Below, one piece after another: positions 37,529 to 47,774 of a stretch of DNA of 64,000 bases. The position numbers and the translations under genes are program-made. The DNA comes from Bacteroidaceae bacterium (GTDB lineage: Bacteria; Bacteroidota; Bacteroidia; Bacteroidales; Bacteroidaceae), in assembly GCA_024400995.1 (NCBI GenBank), contig JAKSLU010000002.1, positions 7,677 to 71,676 of the forward strand, read 5' to 3'. The notes under the pieces are model-generated. The model was not told where the DNA came from. It did no database searches and worked only from the letters and a program-made list of their open reading frames with translations. The stretch's first letter is position 1. Each line of letters opens with the position of its first letter.

Positions 37529-39682
37529 TTGCTCAACCAGGACGTAAAATACATCAAAGGGGTCGGTCCTGCCAGGGCCGACCTTCTTAGCAAAGAGCTC
37601 GGTGTGCGCACACTGGGCGATCTGCTCTATACCTTTCCGTATCGTTACGACGACCGCTCCCAGACCCTCCGCATCTGCGACCTGATGGAGGGCATGCCCA
37701 ACGTGCAGCTCCGAGGACGCATCGTGGAGTTCTTCAAGGAGGGTGCGGGACGCAAGCAACGCTACATAGCCTCCTTCACCGATGGGACAGGCTACTGTGA
37801 ACTGGTATGGTTCAAGGGTATTAAGTATGCCGAGCAATCCTACAAGATAGGGCAGGAGTATGTCGTCTTTGGCAAGCCTACCTTCTTCAAGAACCGCTTC
37901 AATCTCGCACACCCCGAGGTGACCCCCCTGAATTCGGCAGAGCGTGGGGAGGGTGGCAAGCAGGTGCAGGCTCTCGTGCCCCACTATCACACCACCGACA
38001 AGATGAAGGCCTCTGGTCTCAACTCCCGTGCACTGGCCAAGATCATAGAGACCGCCCTCGCTATGGTCGGTCTGATAGCTACCCCGCAGACGGAGGAACG
38101 CCCCGCTAGGGGAGGCTTGGGAGGCACTCTGACAGAGACACTGCCCGACTGGCTCATCGCGCAACGCCACCTGGTGAGTCTGGGCGAGGCACTACGCATC
38201 ATCCACCAGCCAAGGAGTGCAGAGGAGATACCCTCAGCGGAGCGTAGGCTCAAGTTCGAGGAACTATTCTATCTCCAGCTCGGCATTCTCTGCTATGCCA
38301 AGCGACAGCAACTCCACATAGCTGGTTACCGCCTTCCGCAGGTGGGCGAACTCTTTCATCGCTTCTACAGGGAGCGCATCCCCTTTGAGCTAACCGAAGC
38401 CCAGAAGCGCGTGCTCCGTGAGATACAGGCCGACATGGCCTCTGGTCGTCAGATGAACCGCCTGCTGCAGGGCGACGTGGGCTCGGGCAAGACCATGGTG
38501 GCCCTCATGACCTGCCTGCTGGCCATCGGCAACGGGTTCCAGACCTGTGTGATGGCTCCTACCGAAATCCTGGCCGAGCAGCATCTGGCCACCCTGCGTC
38601 AGCAGCTCGGCGACCTGCCTGTGCGGGTAGAACTCCTCACGGGTATTGTCACGGGCAAGCAGCGCCGCGAAATCCTAGAGGCTACCGCTCGAGGCGAAGT
38701 CGATATACTCGTGGGTACCCACGCTCTCATAGAGCCCACGGTGCAGTTCCTCAATCTCGGTCTGGCCGTGGTCGATGAGCAGCATCGCTTTGGCGTCAAG
38801 CAGCGTGCCGCCCTCTGGGAGAAGAACACACAGCCGCCCCATATCCTCGTCATGACTGCCACCCCCATCCCCCGTACGCTGGCCATGACTGTCTCTGGCG
38901 ATCTGGAGGTCAGCGTGATCGACGAGTTGCCCCCTGGGCGCAAGCCTATCACCACCCGCCACTACTACGAAGAGGAGCACTACAAGCTGCACCAGGGTCT
39001 GCTCCACGAGCTTCAGGCGGGTCGTCAGGTCTATGTGGTCTTTCCGCTCATCGAGGAGTCGGCCACGCAGGACCTCAAGAGCCTACAGGAGGGCTATGCC
39101 CGTCTGGTGGACGAGTTTCCGCAGTATCGTGTGGGCTGCGTTCATGGCCGGATGAAGCCCGCCCTCAAGGAGGAGGCCATGCGGCAGTTCCAGGAGCGGG
39201 AGACACAGATACTCGTCAGTACAACCGTTATCGAGGTGGGCGTCAACGTGCCCAATGCCAGCGTGATGGTCATCGAGGAGGCCCAGCGTTTTGGCCTGGC
39301 CCAGTTGCACCAGCTCCGAGGCCGCGTGGGGCGTGGTGCAGACCAGAGCTACTGTCTGCTCATCACCAAGAAGGAACTGAGCGACACCACCCGTCGCCGC
39401 ATGCTCATCATGGTGGAGAGTACCGACGGCTTTGAGATAGCCGAGGAGGACCTCAAACTTCGTGGACCTGGCGACCTGGAGGGTACGCAGCAGAGTGGTA
39501 TGCCCTTTGACCTCAAGATAGCCAATGTCGTCAAGGACTCCCGCCTCATGCAGGAGGCTCGCCTCGTGGCCCGCGACATCGTAGAGCGCGACCCACAGCA
39601 GCAAAATCCCGAGTACGCCCTGCTCTGGCAGCAACTACGCCGCCTGCGCAAGGAGCGTACTGACTTTTCCGAAATATCATAG
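37529..39682 (+). CDS. recG: ATP-dependent DNA helicase RecG
   Basis: RLKFEELF, LLQGDVGSGKT, DEQHRFG, TATPIPRTL, HQLRGRVGRG and DLKLRGPG; TTG start. Confidence 0.97.
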   Translation: MLNQDVKYIKGVGPARADLLSKELGVRTLGDLLYTFPYRYDDRSQTLRICDLMEGMPNVQLRGRIVEFFKEGAGRKQRYIASFTDGTGYCELVWFKGIKYAEQSYKIGQEYVVFGKPTFFKNRFNLAHPEVTPLNSAERGEGGKQVQALVPHYHTTDKMKASGLNSRALAKIIETALAMVGLIATPQTEERPARGGLGGTLTETLPDWLIAQRHLVSLGEALRIIHQPRSAEEIPSAERRLKFEELFYLQLGILCYAKRQQLHIAGYRLPQVGELFHRFYRERIPFELTEAQKRVLREIQADMASGRQMNRLLQGDVGSGKTMVALMTCLLAIGNGFQTCVMAPTEILAEQHLATLRQQLGDLPVRVELLTGIVTGKQRREILEATARGEVDILVGTHALIEPTVQFLNLGLAVVDEQHRFGVKQRAALWEKNTQPPHILVMTATPIPRTLAMTVSGDLEVSVIDELPPGRKPITTRHYYEEEHYKLHQGLLHELQAGRQVYVVFPLIEESATQDLKSLQEGYARLVDEFPQYRVGCVHGRMKPALKEEAMRQFQERETQILVSTTVIEVGVNVPNASVMVIEEAQRFGLAQLHQLRGRVGRGADQSYCLLITKKELSDTTRRRMLIMVESTDGFEIAEEDLKLRGPGDLEGTQQSGMPFDLKIANVVKDSRLMQEARLVARDIVERDPQQQNPEYALLWQQLRRLRKERTDFSEIS

Positions 39683-39709
39683 GACCTACTGGCCCCAAGA
39701 ATATAGATT

Positions 39710-42202
39710 ATGACATATCAGATAGAAACCCTCGCAACCCTCATCGGCGCCCACCGCTTGGGTACGGCGGACACCAGTGTGGAGTGGCTCCTTACGGACA
39801 GCCGCTCGCTCTCGTTCCCCGAGACCTCCCTCTTCTTTGCCCTGCGCACCCGCTCAGGCGATGGCCACCGTTATATTAGCGACCTCTATCGTAGGGGCGT
39901 GCGCTCCTTTGTAGTAGGTACACTCCCCGAGGACTGGAGAACCAGTTATCCTGATGCAAACTTTCTGGAGGTAGTCAGCCCTCTCAAGGCCCTGCAGCGA
40001 CTGGCCGAACGCCATCGTGATGCCTTCGACCTGCCTGTCGTCGGCATAACGGGTAGCAACGGCAAGACCGTCGTCAAGGAGTGGCTCTACCAGCTCCTTT
40101 CGCCCAACCACGTAGTGTGTCGTTCCCCCCGTTCCTACAACTCGCAGATCGGCGTACCCCTCTCTGTGTGGCAGCTCAGCGAGCGCAGCGATATTGCCCT
40201 CTTTGAGGCTGGTGTGTCGCAGCCCGGAGAGATGGAGGCTCTGCGCGCCATCATACAGCCCACCCTGGGCGTGTTTACCACCCTGGGACCTGCCCATCAG
40301 GAGAACTTTGCCACGTTGCAGGAAAAGTGTCTGGAGAAGCTCCAGCTCTTCAAGGATGCCCCCGCACTCGTTGCCAGTATAGACGATGATACCTTCTGCT
40401 CCTGTCTGCGTATGTCCGACTATCGCGGCACTCTCATCAGCTGGAGCCGCCGTCAGCGCGAAGCCTCCCTCTATGTGGAGGTGGAACAGGGCGAAGCAGG
40501 CTGCTCCGTGCTGCACTACTGGTGGCAGGGCCGAGAGGGCAGGGTGACTGTGCCCTTTATCAACGAGGCCTCCCTGCACAATGCCTGTACCTGTCTGGCT
40601 GTGTGTCTGCATCTCGGTGTGGACGAGGCACAGCTCCGCGAGCGAATGCCCCAGCTCGAGCACCTCGCTATGCGACTGGAGGTCAAGCGCGGCGAGCGTG
40701 GTCTGACCCTCATCAACGACTCCTACAACTCCGATGTGGCCTCGCTCGATATTGCCCTCGACTTTATGGCCCGCCGTCCTGAACTCACGGGTTGCCGCCG
40801 CACGCTCATACTGTCCGACATCCTGCAGACAGGTTGTCCCCCCCGCGAACTCTATGCCCAGGTGGCCGAAATGGTAGGTCAGCGCGGCGTGGACTTCCTG
40901 GTCGGCGTAGGACCTGAACTCTATACGTGGCAGCACCTCTTCCGGGTAGAGGGACAGTTCTTTGAGAACGACGCTGACCTGGCTGCCAGTGGACTGCTGG
41001 AGAGCTTGCACGATGAGGTAGTGCTCTTCAAGGGGGCGCGTCGCTTTGGCTTTGAGCGCTTCCTGGAGGGGATGGCCCTACAGGTGCATGAGACTACGCT
41101 GGAGGTTAATCTCGCCGCCCTCAAGAAGAACGTGAACTACTACCGCTCCTTCATGCAGCCCGACACCAAGATGGTGTGCATGGTCAAGGCCGATGCCTAT
41201 GGTGCCGGTGCCGTGGAGGTGGCCCGCACGCTGCAGGACAAGGGGGTAGATTATCTCGCCGTGGCTGTGGCCGATGAGGGAGCCGAACTCCGCCGCGCTG
41301 GCATCACGGGGGGCATACTCATCATGAATCCCGAGCTTACGGCCTTCCCCACGCTCTTCCGCCATCGTCTGGAGCCCGAGGTGTATAACTTCAAGATGCT
41401 CGAGGCTCTCATCCGCGCAGCAGAGAAGGCCGGCATACAGAACTTCCCTATCCACATCAAACTCGACACGGGTATGTGCCGCCTGGGCTTCAACCCTGGC
41501 AAGGCTGATGGTAGTGATGAGGGAGATATGCCGCAGCTCATAGAGCGTCTGCAGCAGCAGGATGCGCTCGTGGTGCGCTCGGTGTTCAGTCATTTTGTGG
41601 GTAGCGACTCCGAGGACTTCGATGCCTTCTCGGCAGAGCAGTTTGCCCGCTACGACAGAGCCTCGCGTCAGCTGCAGGCGGCTTTTGGCCACCGCATACT
41701 GCGGCATATCTGCAACTCTGCGGGTATAGAGCGCTTCCCGGAACGTCACATGGATATGGTCCGTCTGGGTCTGGGTCTGTATGGCGTGTCACCCCTGACC
41801 AATGGCCCGCTCAATACAGTCTGCACCCTCAAGACGACCATCTTGCAGATGCGCAACGTGGAGGCTGGCACAAGTGTGGGCTACAGTCGTCGTACGATTG
41901 TGGACCGTCCCTCGCGCATTGCTGCTATCCCCATTGGCTATGCCGATGGCCTGGACCGTCATCTCGGCAACCGTCGCGGCTACTGTCTCGTCAACGGACA
42001 CAAGGCTCCCTATGTCGGCAACATCTGCATGGATGTGTGCATGATCGACGTGACCGATGTGCCCTGCCAGGAGGGCGACAGTGTAGAGATCTTCGGCGAA
42101 AACCTCCCCGTGAGTGCGCTCTCCGATATACTGGAGACCATCCCCTACGAGGTGCTGACCTCCGTGAGCAACCGCGTCAAGCGGGTATATTTTAGTAAAT
42201 AG
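39710..42202 (+). CDS. alr: Bifunctional MurF-like ligase / alanine racemase
   Basis: N-terminal GITGSNGKT, SYNSQIG and INDSYN; C-terminal MVKADAYG (PLP lysine), KLDTGMCRLG, IGYADG and TIPYE. Confidence 0.93.
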   Translation: MTYQIETLATLIGAHRLGTADTSVEWLLTDSRSLSFPETSLFFALRTRSGDGHRYISDLYRRGVRSFVVGTLPEDWRTSYPDANFLEVVSPLKALQRLAERHRDAFDLPVVGITGSNGKTVVKEWLYQLLSPNHVVCRSPRSYNSQIGVPLSVWQLSERSDIALFEAGVSQPGEMEALRAIIQPTLGVFTTLGPAHQENFATLQEKCLEKLQLFKDAPALVASIDDDTFCSCLRMSDYRGTLISWSRRQREASLYVEVEQGEAGCSVLHYWWQGREGRVTVPFINEASLHNACTCLAVCLHLGVDEAQLRERMPQLEHLAMRLEVKRGERGLTLINDSYNSDVASLDIALDFMARRPELTGCRRTLILSDILQTGCPPRELYAQVAEMVGQRGVDFLVGVGPELYTWQHLFRVEGQFFENDADLAASGLLESLHDEVVLFKGARRFGFERFLEGMALQVHETTLEVNLAALKKNVNYYRSFMQPDTKMVCMVKADAYGAGAVEVARTLQDKGVDYLAVAVADEGAELRRAGITGGILIMNPELTAFPTLFRHRLEPEVYNFKMLEALIRAAEKAGIQNFPIHIKLDTGMCRLGFNPGKADGSDEGDMPQLIERLQQQDALVVRSVFSHFVGSDSEDFDAFSAEQFARYDRASRQLQAAFGHRILRHICNSAGIERFPERHMDMVRLGLGLYGVSPLTNGPLNTVCTLKTTILQMRNVEAGTSVGYSRRTIVDRPSRIAAIPIGYADGLDRHLGNRRGYCLVNGHKAPYVGNICMDVCMIDVTDVPCQEGDSVEIFGENLPVSALSDILETIPYEVLTSVSNRVKRVYFSK

Positions 42203-42226
42203 TTAAGTTTATAAGTTTGTAAGTAT

Positions 42227-42772
42227 ATGAGATACCTGATTGCTTCCGACCTCCATGGCTCCCTGCTAGCTGTGCAACGTCTGCTTCAGATTTTTGACGA
42301 GGGTGGCTACGACCGCCTGCTTCTGCTATGCGACTTCTCTAACTACGGGCCGCGCAACAGCGTGCCTGCCGATCTTGATGCTTCCTCTGTGGTGAGTCTG
42401 CTTAATGAACGTGCCGACCGCATTGTGGCAGTGCGAGGCAACTGCGATAGCGAGGTGGATCAGATGCTCTTTGGCTTTGATATGATGTGTGACTACACCT
42501 TCGTTACGGAGGGGGGCAAGGTACTGTTCCTCACGCATGGTCATATATACAACGCTGAGCGTCGTCCTGGATTGGGTATAGATGTCCTGCTCTACGGTCA
42601 CACACACTTGTGGCGTTGCGAGCGGCAGCCCGATGGTCTCGTAGTGTGCAACCCGGGTAGTCCGACCTTCCCCAAGGGGGGTAATCCTCCTACCTATGCC
42701 ACTCTGGAGGACAGCATACTTGCTGTCCGCCTACTTGAGGATGGTCGTGTCTTGCGTCAGTGTGCGCTATAG
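42227..42772 (+). CDS. YfcE-like metallophosphodiesterase
   Basis: SDLHGS, YGPRN, VRGNCDSEVDQM, THGH, GHTH and NPGS. Confidence 0.88.
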   Translation: MRYLIASDLHGSLLAVQRLLQIFDEGGYDRLLLLCDFSNYGPRNSVPADLDASSVVSLLNERADRIVAVRGNCDSEVDQMLFGFDMMCDYTFVTEGGKVLFLTHGHIYNAERRPGLGIDVLLYGHTHLWRCERQPDGLVVCNPGSPTFPKGGNPPTYATLEDSILAVRLLEDGRVLRQCAL

Positions 42773-42835
42773 TCGCGCGCGTGTATATATAATATGGTGT
42801 GTCGTGTCATATCCAAAATCGTAAATACTTCTACT

Positions 42836-45322
42836 ATGAAAAAGATATTTTCCCTAATCTCTCTCCTCGTGTGCGCAGCCATGACGTGTAGCGCCGCTAA
42901 TGATGCTTCGACGCTGATCGTGAAGGGCGCGGAGCACTTTTCCAAACCAAGTCTGCATACCCTTTGGTACAATCAACCCGCTCCGACTAGTTACGGCGGC
43001 TGGCAGGAATATAGTCTGCCCATCGGCAACGGTGAACTGGGTGGCAGTGTGTTCGGTGGGCTCAAGGAGGACAAGATTACCTTCAACGAAAAGAGCCTCT
43101 GGGATGGTACCTCCACAACGCGTGCTAATGGTCCTCATGGCGAGTACCTCAAGTTCGGTAGTATCTGGGTGACAGACCTAAGTAGTTCCCTCGATGCCGG
43201 CGTAACAGACTATGTGCGCTACCTCGATATAGACAACGCTGTCGCTGGAGTACAGTATTGCGATGCCGCAGGCACTCGCTACACCCGCACCTTCGTCAGT
43301 AGCCAGCCGGACAAGGTGATGGCCGTGCGCTATACAGCCAAGGGACATAACCGCCTGCACCTCCGCTTTGGTATAGTGCCCGGTGGGCAGATGGTGGCGC
43401 GTAGCACGCAGGTTCCTGAGGTGCAGTATGAGGGCGCTTCTGCCACCTTCCACGGCAAACTGGAACTCCTCTCCTATGCCGCCCAGATGACCCTCGTGCC
43501 CGATGCTGCGGCCCAGGTGCGTACGACAAAGGAGGGCATCGAGGTAGAGGGTGCTCGAGAGTTAGTTCTTCTGCTCACGGGTTTCACGGACTTTGATGCC
43601 TTCAACCCAAAGACCTTTACTAATGGCACTGCTGAGCGACTCCCCCAGATGGCCGATGCCTGCATTCAGGCTGCAGCCAAACGTGGTTGGCGTGCTATCT
43701 ATCGTGATCATGTGGCTGACTACCATCAATACCGTGATCGCGTTCAACTCAACTTTGCTGCCAATCGTAAACCAGTAAACTCACTGCGCGACACAAAGTC
43801 GCTCATAGACTACTATGGCGAGAGTCAGGAGCATAAGAATAGTGCTGAAGGCCTCTTCCTAGAGCAACTCTACTACCACTATGGTCGCTATCTGCTCATC
43901 AGTAGCAACCGCCATCAGCCCGTGCCCAACAACCTTCAGGGACTGTGGAACGATACTGACCGCGGCCATGCACCCTGGAACTCCGACATCCACACCAATA
44001 TCAATATCCAGATGAACTATTGGCCTGCAGAGCCCTGCAATCTCAGCGATCTACACATGCCCCTGCTCGACCACATTGTTAGCATCTCCAATAGCCCTGG
44101 CTGCAAGGCTCAGGCAGAGCACGTCAACCGCGCCGCAGGTGCCGCGGATCCCACTATCGGCTGGGTAGTAGATACAGAGAGCAATCTCTTTGGCGGTATG
44201 TCCAACTGGATGAGCAACTATACTATAGCTAATGCTTGGTACGTCACCCATCTGTGGCAGCACTATCGCTATACGCTCGATCGCGACTTCCTTAAGCGCG
44301 TGTTCCCCACCATGTGGAGTGCAGCGCAGTACTGGACGCAGCGTCTTGTACTGGCAGAGGATGGTACTTACGAGTGCCCTGCAGAGTTCTCACCAGAACA
44401 GGGACCTGCCAGCGAGAATGCCACAGCCCATAGCCAGCAACTCGTTCGCGAACTCTTTGCTAACACATTGGAGGCTATCCGCGTGCTGGACAACGAATCC
44501 TCTCTTGACCAGAACTGGCTCTCACAACTCCGTGAACGCTATGCCCGTCTCGACCTAGGCCTGCATACTGAGGTTTATCAGTCAGGTGTGGTGGATGGCA
44601 AGCAGTGGAATACGCTTGTCCCCGATGGATCCACCCTCCTGCGTGAGTGGAAATATAGTCCTTATAGCGCAGGACAGAATGCCCATCGCCACACTTCCCA
44701 CCTTATGGCACTCTATCCCTTCAGCCAGATAGTGCCTGGTGACGAATACTTCCAGCCCGCCATCAACTCTCTCACGCAGCGCACCGATGCTTCTACAGGG
44801 TGGGCTATGGGCTGGCGCGTTAATCTCTGGGCTCGCGCTCAGGATGGTAATTATGCCCGTCGTATGATTAACAATGCCTTATGCCACGCAGGCTCTAACC
44901 TGAACTATGGTTCCGGCGGTGTATACTACAATCTGTGGGATGCCCATACCCCTTTCCAGATTGATGGTAACTTTGGCGTCTGCGCAGGCATAGCCGAGAT
45001 GCTCCTGCAGAGTGGGACGGGCGTGTTGAGACTCCTTCCCGCACTTCCCACCAGTTGGTCCGAGGGCAGGGTGAGTGGCCTCAAGGCTATTGGTAATGTC
45101 ACTGTTGATATGGATTGGAGCGCAGGTGCTCTCCAGGCTGCCCGCCTCGTATGCCATGAGGAACAGACCCTCCGCTTCCAGCTGCCTGCGCAGACTGTTC
45201 TGTCTGCCCGCAAGGGTGTCTGCCTGAATGGGCGTTCCGTGACAGTGAACTGCGAGCAGGGTGTCTATAGCCTGAGTTGCCACAAGGGCGATGTCGTAAC
45301 TCTGAATTGCACGTCCAAGTAG
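42836..45322 (+). CDS. GH95 alpha-L-fucosidase-like glycosidase
   Basis: LPIGNG, YGRYLLISS, NLQGLWN, NINIQMNYW, HRHTSHL and PFQIDGNFG..GIAEMLLQS; signal peptide from ATG 42836. Confidence 0.92.
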   Translation: MKKIFSLISLLVCAAMTCSAANDASTLIVKGAEHFSKPSLHTLWYNQPAPTSYGGWQEYSLPIGNGELGGSVFGGLKEDKITFNEKSLWDGTSTTRANGPHGEYLKFGSIWVTDLSSSLDAGVTDYVRYLDIDNAVAGVQYCDAAGTRYTRTFVSSQPDKVMAVRYTAKGHNRLHLRFGIVPGGQMVARSTQVPEVQYEGASATFHGKLELLSYAAQMTLVPDAAAQVRTTKEGIEVEGARELVLLLTGFTDFDAFNPKTFTNGTAERLPQMADACIQAAAKRGWRAIYRDHVADYHQYRDRVQLNFAANRKPVNSLRDTKSLIDYYGESQEHKNSAEGLFLEQLYYHYGRYLLISSNRHQPVPNNLQGLWNDTDRGHAPWNSDIHTNINIQMNYWPAEPCNLSDLHMPLLDHIVSISNSPGCKAQAEHVNRAAGAADPTIGWVVDTESNLFGGMSNWMSNYTIANAWYVTHLWQHYRYTLDRDFLKRVFPTMWSAAQYWTQRLVLAEDGTYECPAEFSPEQGPASENATAHSQQLVRELFANTLEAIRVLDNESSLDQNWLSQLRERYARLDLGLHTEVYQSGVVDGKQWNTLVPDGSTLLREWKYSPYSAGQNAHRHTSHLMALYPFSQIVPGDEYFQPAINSLTQRTDASTGWAMGWRVNLWARAQDGNYARRMINNALCHAGSNLNYGSGGVYYNLWDAHTPFQIDGNFGVCAGIAEMLLQSGTGVLRLLPALPTSWSEGRVSGLKAIGNVTVDMDWSAGALQAARLVCHEEQTLRFQLPAQTVLSARKGVCLNGRSVTVNCEQGVYSLSCHKGDVVTLNCTSK

Positions 45323-45486
45323 GCGTAAAAGTCGCTTATAGACCACGAAAGTGAAGTTTTTTGCCTAAAACTGCGTGTATCTCGTATATTTTTGCTAACT
45401 TTGCGCGCTGAATTGGGTAAAAAGCCTAAGTCGGAAACGCAGACGATAACATCAACGAAAACTAATACAAAAAACAATAACAACTA

Positions 45487-47643
45487 ATGGCAGCATTACA
45501 ATCCATCAGACACCACGGCGCTCTCCTCGTAGGCGCTATTGGTCTCGCGCTCTTCGCCTTCATTGCCGAAGAGTTCTTCCGCTCCCTCGAAACCACCAAT
45601 GCCGTGAGCAAGCAGCAGGCAGGCTCCGTCTATGGTGAGAAGCTCTCCATTCAGGACTACCAGCAGTACGTGGAGGAGGCCTCCGAGATGATGAAGCTAC
45701 AGCAGAACACCGACAACCTCACCGAGGCTCAGCAGCAGCAGGTGCGTGATCAGGTGTGGCAGACTTATGTCAACAACAAGATTATTGAGCACGAGGCTAC
45801 CAAACTCGGTCTCTCCGTAAGTGACGAGGAAGTGCAGAATGCTCTGGCTCAGGGCACCTCACAGGCTCTCATGCAGTTCACTCCCTTTGTCGATCAGCAG
45901 ACCGGACGCTTCAACTATACTGGTCTCCAAGAGTTCTTCAAGAGCTATGAGAAGGCTCGCACTAGCGGACAGTATGCAGGTGAACAGATGGAGGCCTACG
46001 AGAACATCAAGCGCATGTGGGACTACACCGAGCGCAACCTCCGTGCTGAACTCCTCGGTATGAAGTACCAGGCTCTCCTCATGGGTGCCTTTGTCAGCAA
46101 CCCCGTTGCAGCCAAGCAGTTCCACGAGTATTCAACTGAGAGTGCTACAGCCCTCGTTGCTAGTATCCCCGCCGCTAGTATCAGCGATGAGGTGGCCAAG
46201 GCTAGCGATGATGATATCAAGGATCAGTACAAGCGCTACAAGGAACTTTTCTATATGCCTCAGGAGACCCGCGACGTCAAGTTTATCGACGTTCGTGTGC
46301 AGGCTAGCGCCGCCGACCGTCAGGCTCTGGAGGAGAAGATGGCTGATGCCTACAATCGTATCGTGGCAGGTGAGAATCTTGCTAGCGTAGTAGCCTCTGC
46401 CAACAGCGAGGTACGCTATGTCAACGCTCCTCTGACCAAGACTGCTTTCTCCTACGACATCCGTCAGCAGCTCGATAGCCTCTCTGCAGGTGCAACCAAG
46501 GCTCCCTACTACAATGCCTCTGACAACACCCTCAACGTGCTGCGTCTCGTGAGCAAGCAGGAACTGCCTGACTCTGTCCTCTATCGTCTCATCGGCGTAC
46601 AGGGCAAGGACGAAGCCGACATGACCCAGCGTGCAGATAGCATTATGGGTGCCCTCAAGGCAGGTGCTTCCTTCAAGGCTCTCGCTCAGAAGTACGGACA
46701 GCCTGGTGACTCTACCTGGGTGACTAGCGCTATGGTTCAGCAGGGCCAGATTGACGAGGATGGTGCCAAGTATGTGACCGCCCTCAATAATACTCCCGCT
46801 GGTTCTGCCACCAAGCTTAGCATCGGTGGTATGCAGGTTATCCTTCAGGTTGATGCTCGCAAGGCTATGACCACCAAGTACAACGTTGCTGTAATCAAGG
46901 TTCCCGTTGACTTCAGCAAGGAGACCTACAACAAGGAACTCAACAAGTTCAATATGTTCATTGCTCAGAACAAGACCCTGGCTGATATTGAGAAGAACGC
47001 CGCCAAGGCTGGCTATGTACTCCGTGAGAGCAACGACTTCAGCAGCAACAACGCTGATTTTGAGCGCATCGCTGGTACCAAGGATGCCATCCGTTGGATC
47101 TTTGACGAGGCTAAGAAAGAGAGCATCAGCAAGCTCTACGAGTGCGGTGAGGCCAAGGATCACCTCCTCCTCCTCGCTGTGACCAACATCCACGAGAAGG
47201 GGTACCGTGAGTGGGATGAGACCCAGGTTAAGGAAGTTCTTGGCCAGCTCGCCACCTCTGTCGTTAAGTCAGAGGCCGCTTACAAGAAGCTCGAAGGTGT
47301 AAAGACCATTGCCGAGGCACAGAAGAAGGGTGCCGTTGTTGATACCATCTCCAGTGTATCCTTCCTTGGTCAGCCCTATGTTCCTGCAGTAGGTACTCCC
47401 GAGCCCGTAGTTGCGGGTGCTGTGGCAAAGCTCAAGAAGGGTCAGACTGCTATCGTCAAGGGTGGCGCTGGTGCCTATGTAGTTCAGGTGCTCAATAGCG
47501 AGAAGGCTAACCAGCCCTATGATGCCAAGCAGGCTCAGCAGCAGACCGCTGATATGGATCGCCGCATGGCTCTCGGTGGTCAGTCTCTCTTCCAGGTGCT
47601 CCTGCGCAAGGCTAAGGTGACTGACAACCGCTATAAGTTCTAA
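45487..47643 (+). CDS. PpiD-like periplasmic chaperone (SurA N-terminal domain)
   Basis: MAALQSIR..LLV.IGLALFAFI anchor; C-terminal KVTDNRYKF; -7 element at 45396-45403. Confidence 0.85.
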   Translation: MAALQSIRHHGALLVGAIGLALFAFIAEEFFRSLETTNAVSKQQAGSVYGEKLSIQDYQQYVEEASEMMKLQQNTDNLTEAQQQQVRDQVWQTYVNNKIIEHEATKLGLSVSDEEVQNALAQGTSQALMQFTPFVDQQTGRFNYTGLQEFFKSYEKARTSGQYAGEQMEAYENIKRMWDYTERNLRAELLGMKYQALLMGAFVSNPVAAKQFHEYSTESATALVASIPAASISDEVAKASDDDIKDQYKRYKELFYMPQETRDVKFIDVRVQASAADRQALEEKMADAYNRIVAGENLASVVASANSEVRYVNAPLTKTAFSYDIRQQLDSLSAGATKAPYYNASDNTLNVLRLVSKQELPDSVLYRLIGVQGKDEADMTQRADSIMGALKAGASFKALAQKYGQPGDSTWVTSAMVQQGQIDEDGAKYVTALNNTPAGSATKLSIGGMQVILQVDARKAMTTKYNVAVIKVPVDFSKETYNKELNKFNMFIAQNKTLADIEKNAAKAGYVLRESNDFSSNNADFERIAGTKDAIRWIFDEAKKESISKLYECGEAKDHLLLLAVTNIHEKGYREWDETQVKEVLGQLATSVVKSEAAYKKLEGVKTIAEAQKKGAVVDTISSVSFLGQPYVPAVGTPEPVVAGAVAKLKKGQTAIVKGGAGAYVVQVLNSEKANQPYDAKQAQQQTADMDRRMALGGQSLFQVLLRKAKVTDNRYKF

Positions 47644-47668
47644 ACAAACTCCATCTATACCATACTAG

Positions 47669-47708
47669 TGCGCCAGCCATCTGAGACTAAACTCAAGTGG
47701 CTGGCGCA
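47669..47708 (+). terminator. Hairpin after the ppiD-like gene
   Basis: TGCGCCAGCCA...TGGCTGGCGCA. Confidence 0.6.
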
Positions 47709-47774
47709 TAATCGTTAAGCTCTCAACCTCGTACGTCATTAAGCGTTCAATACTAAACGTTCAGCATTCATAAC

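Noticed and set aside
39710..42202. MurF-Alr fusion as a novelty
   Set aside because: This fusion is a known, common Bacteroidetes feature.
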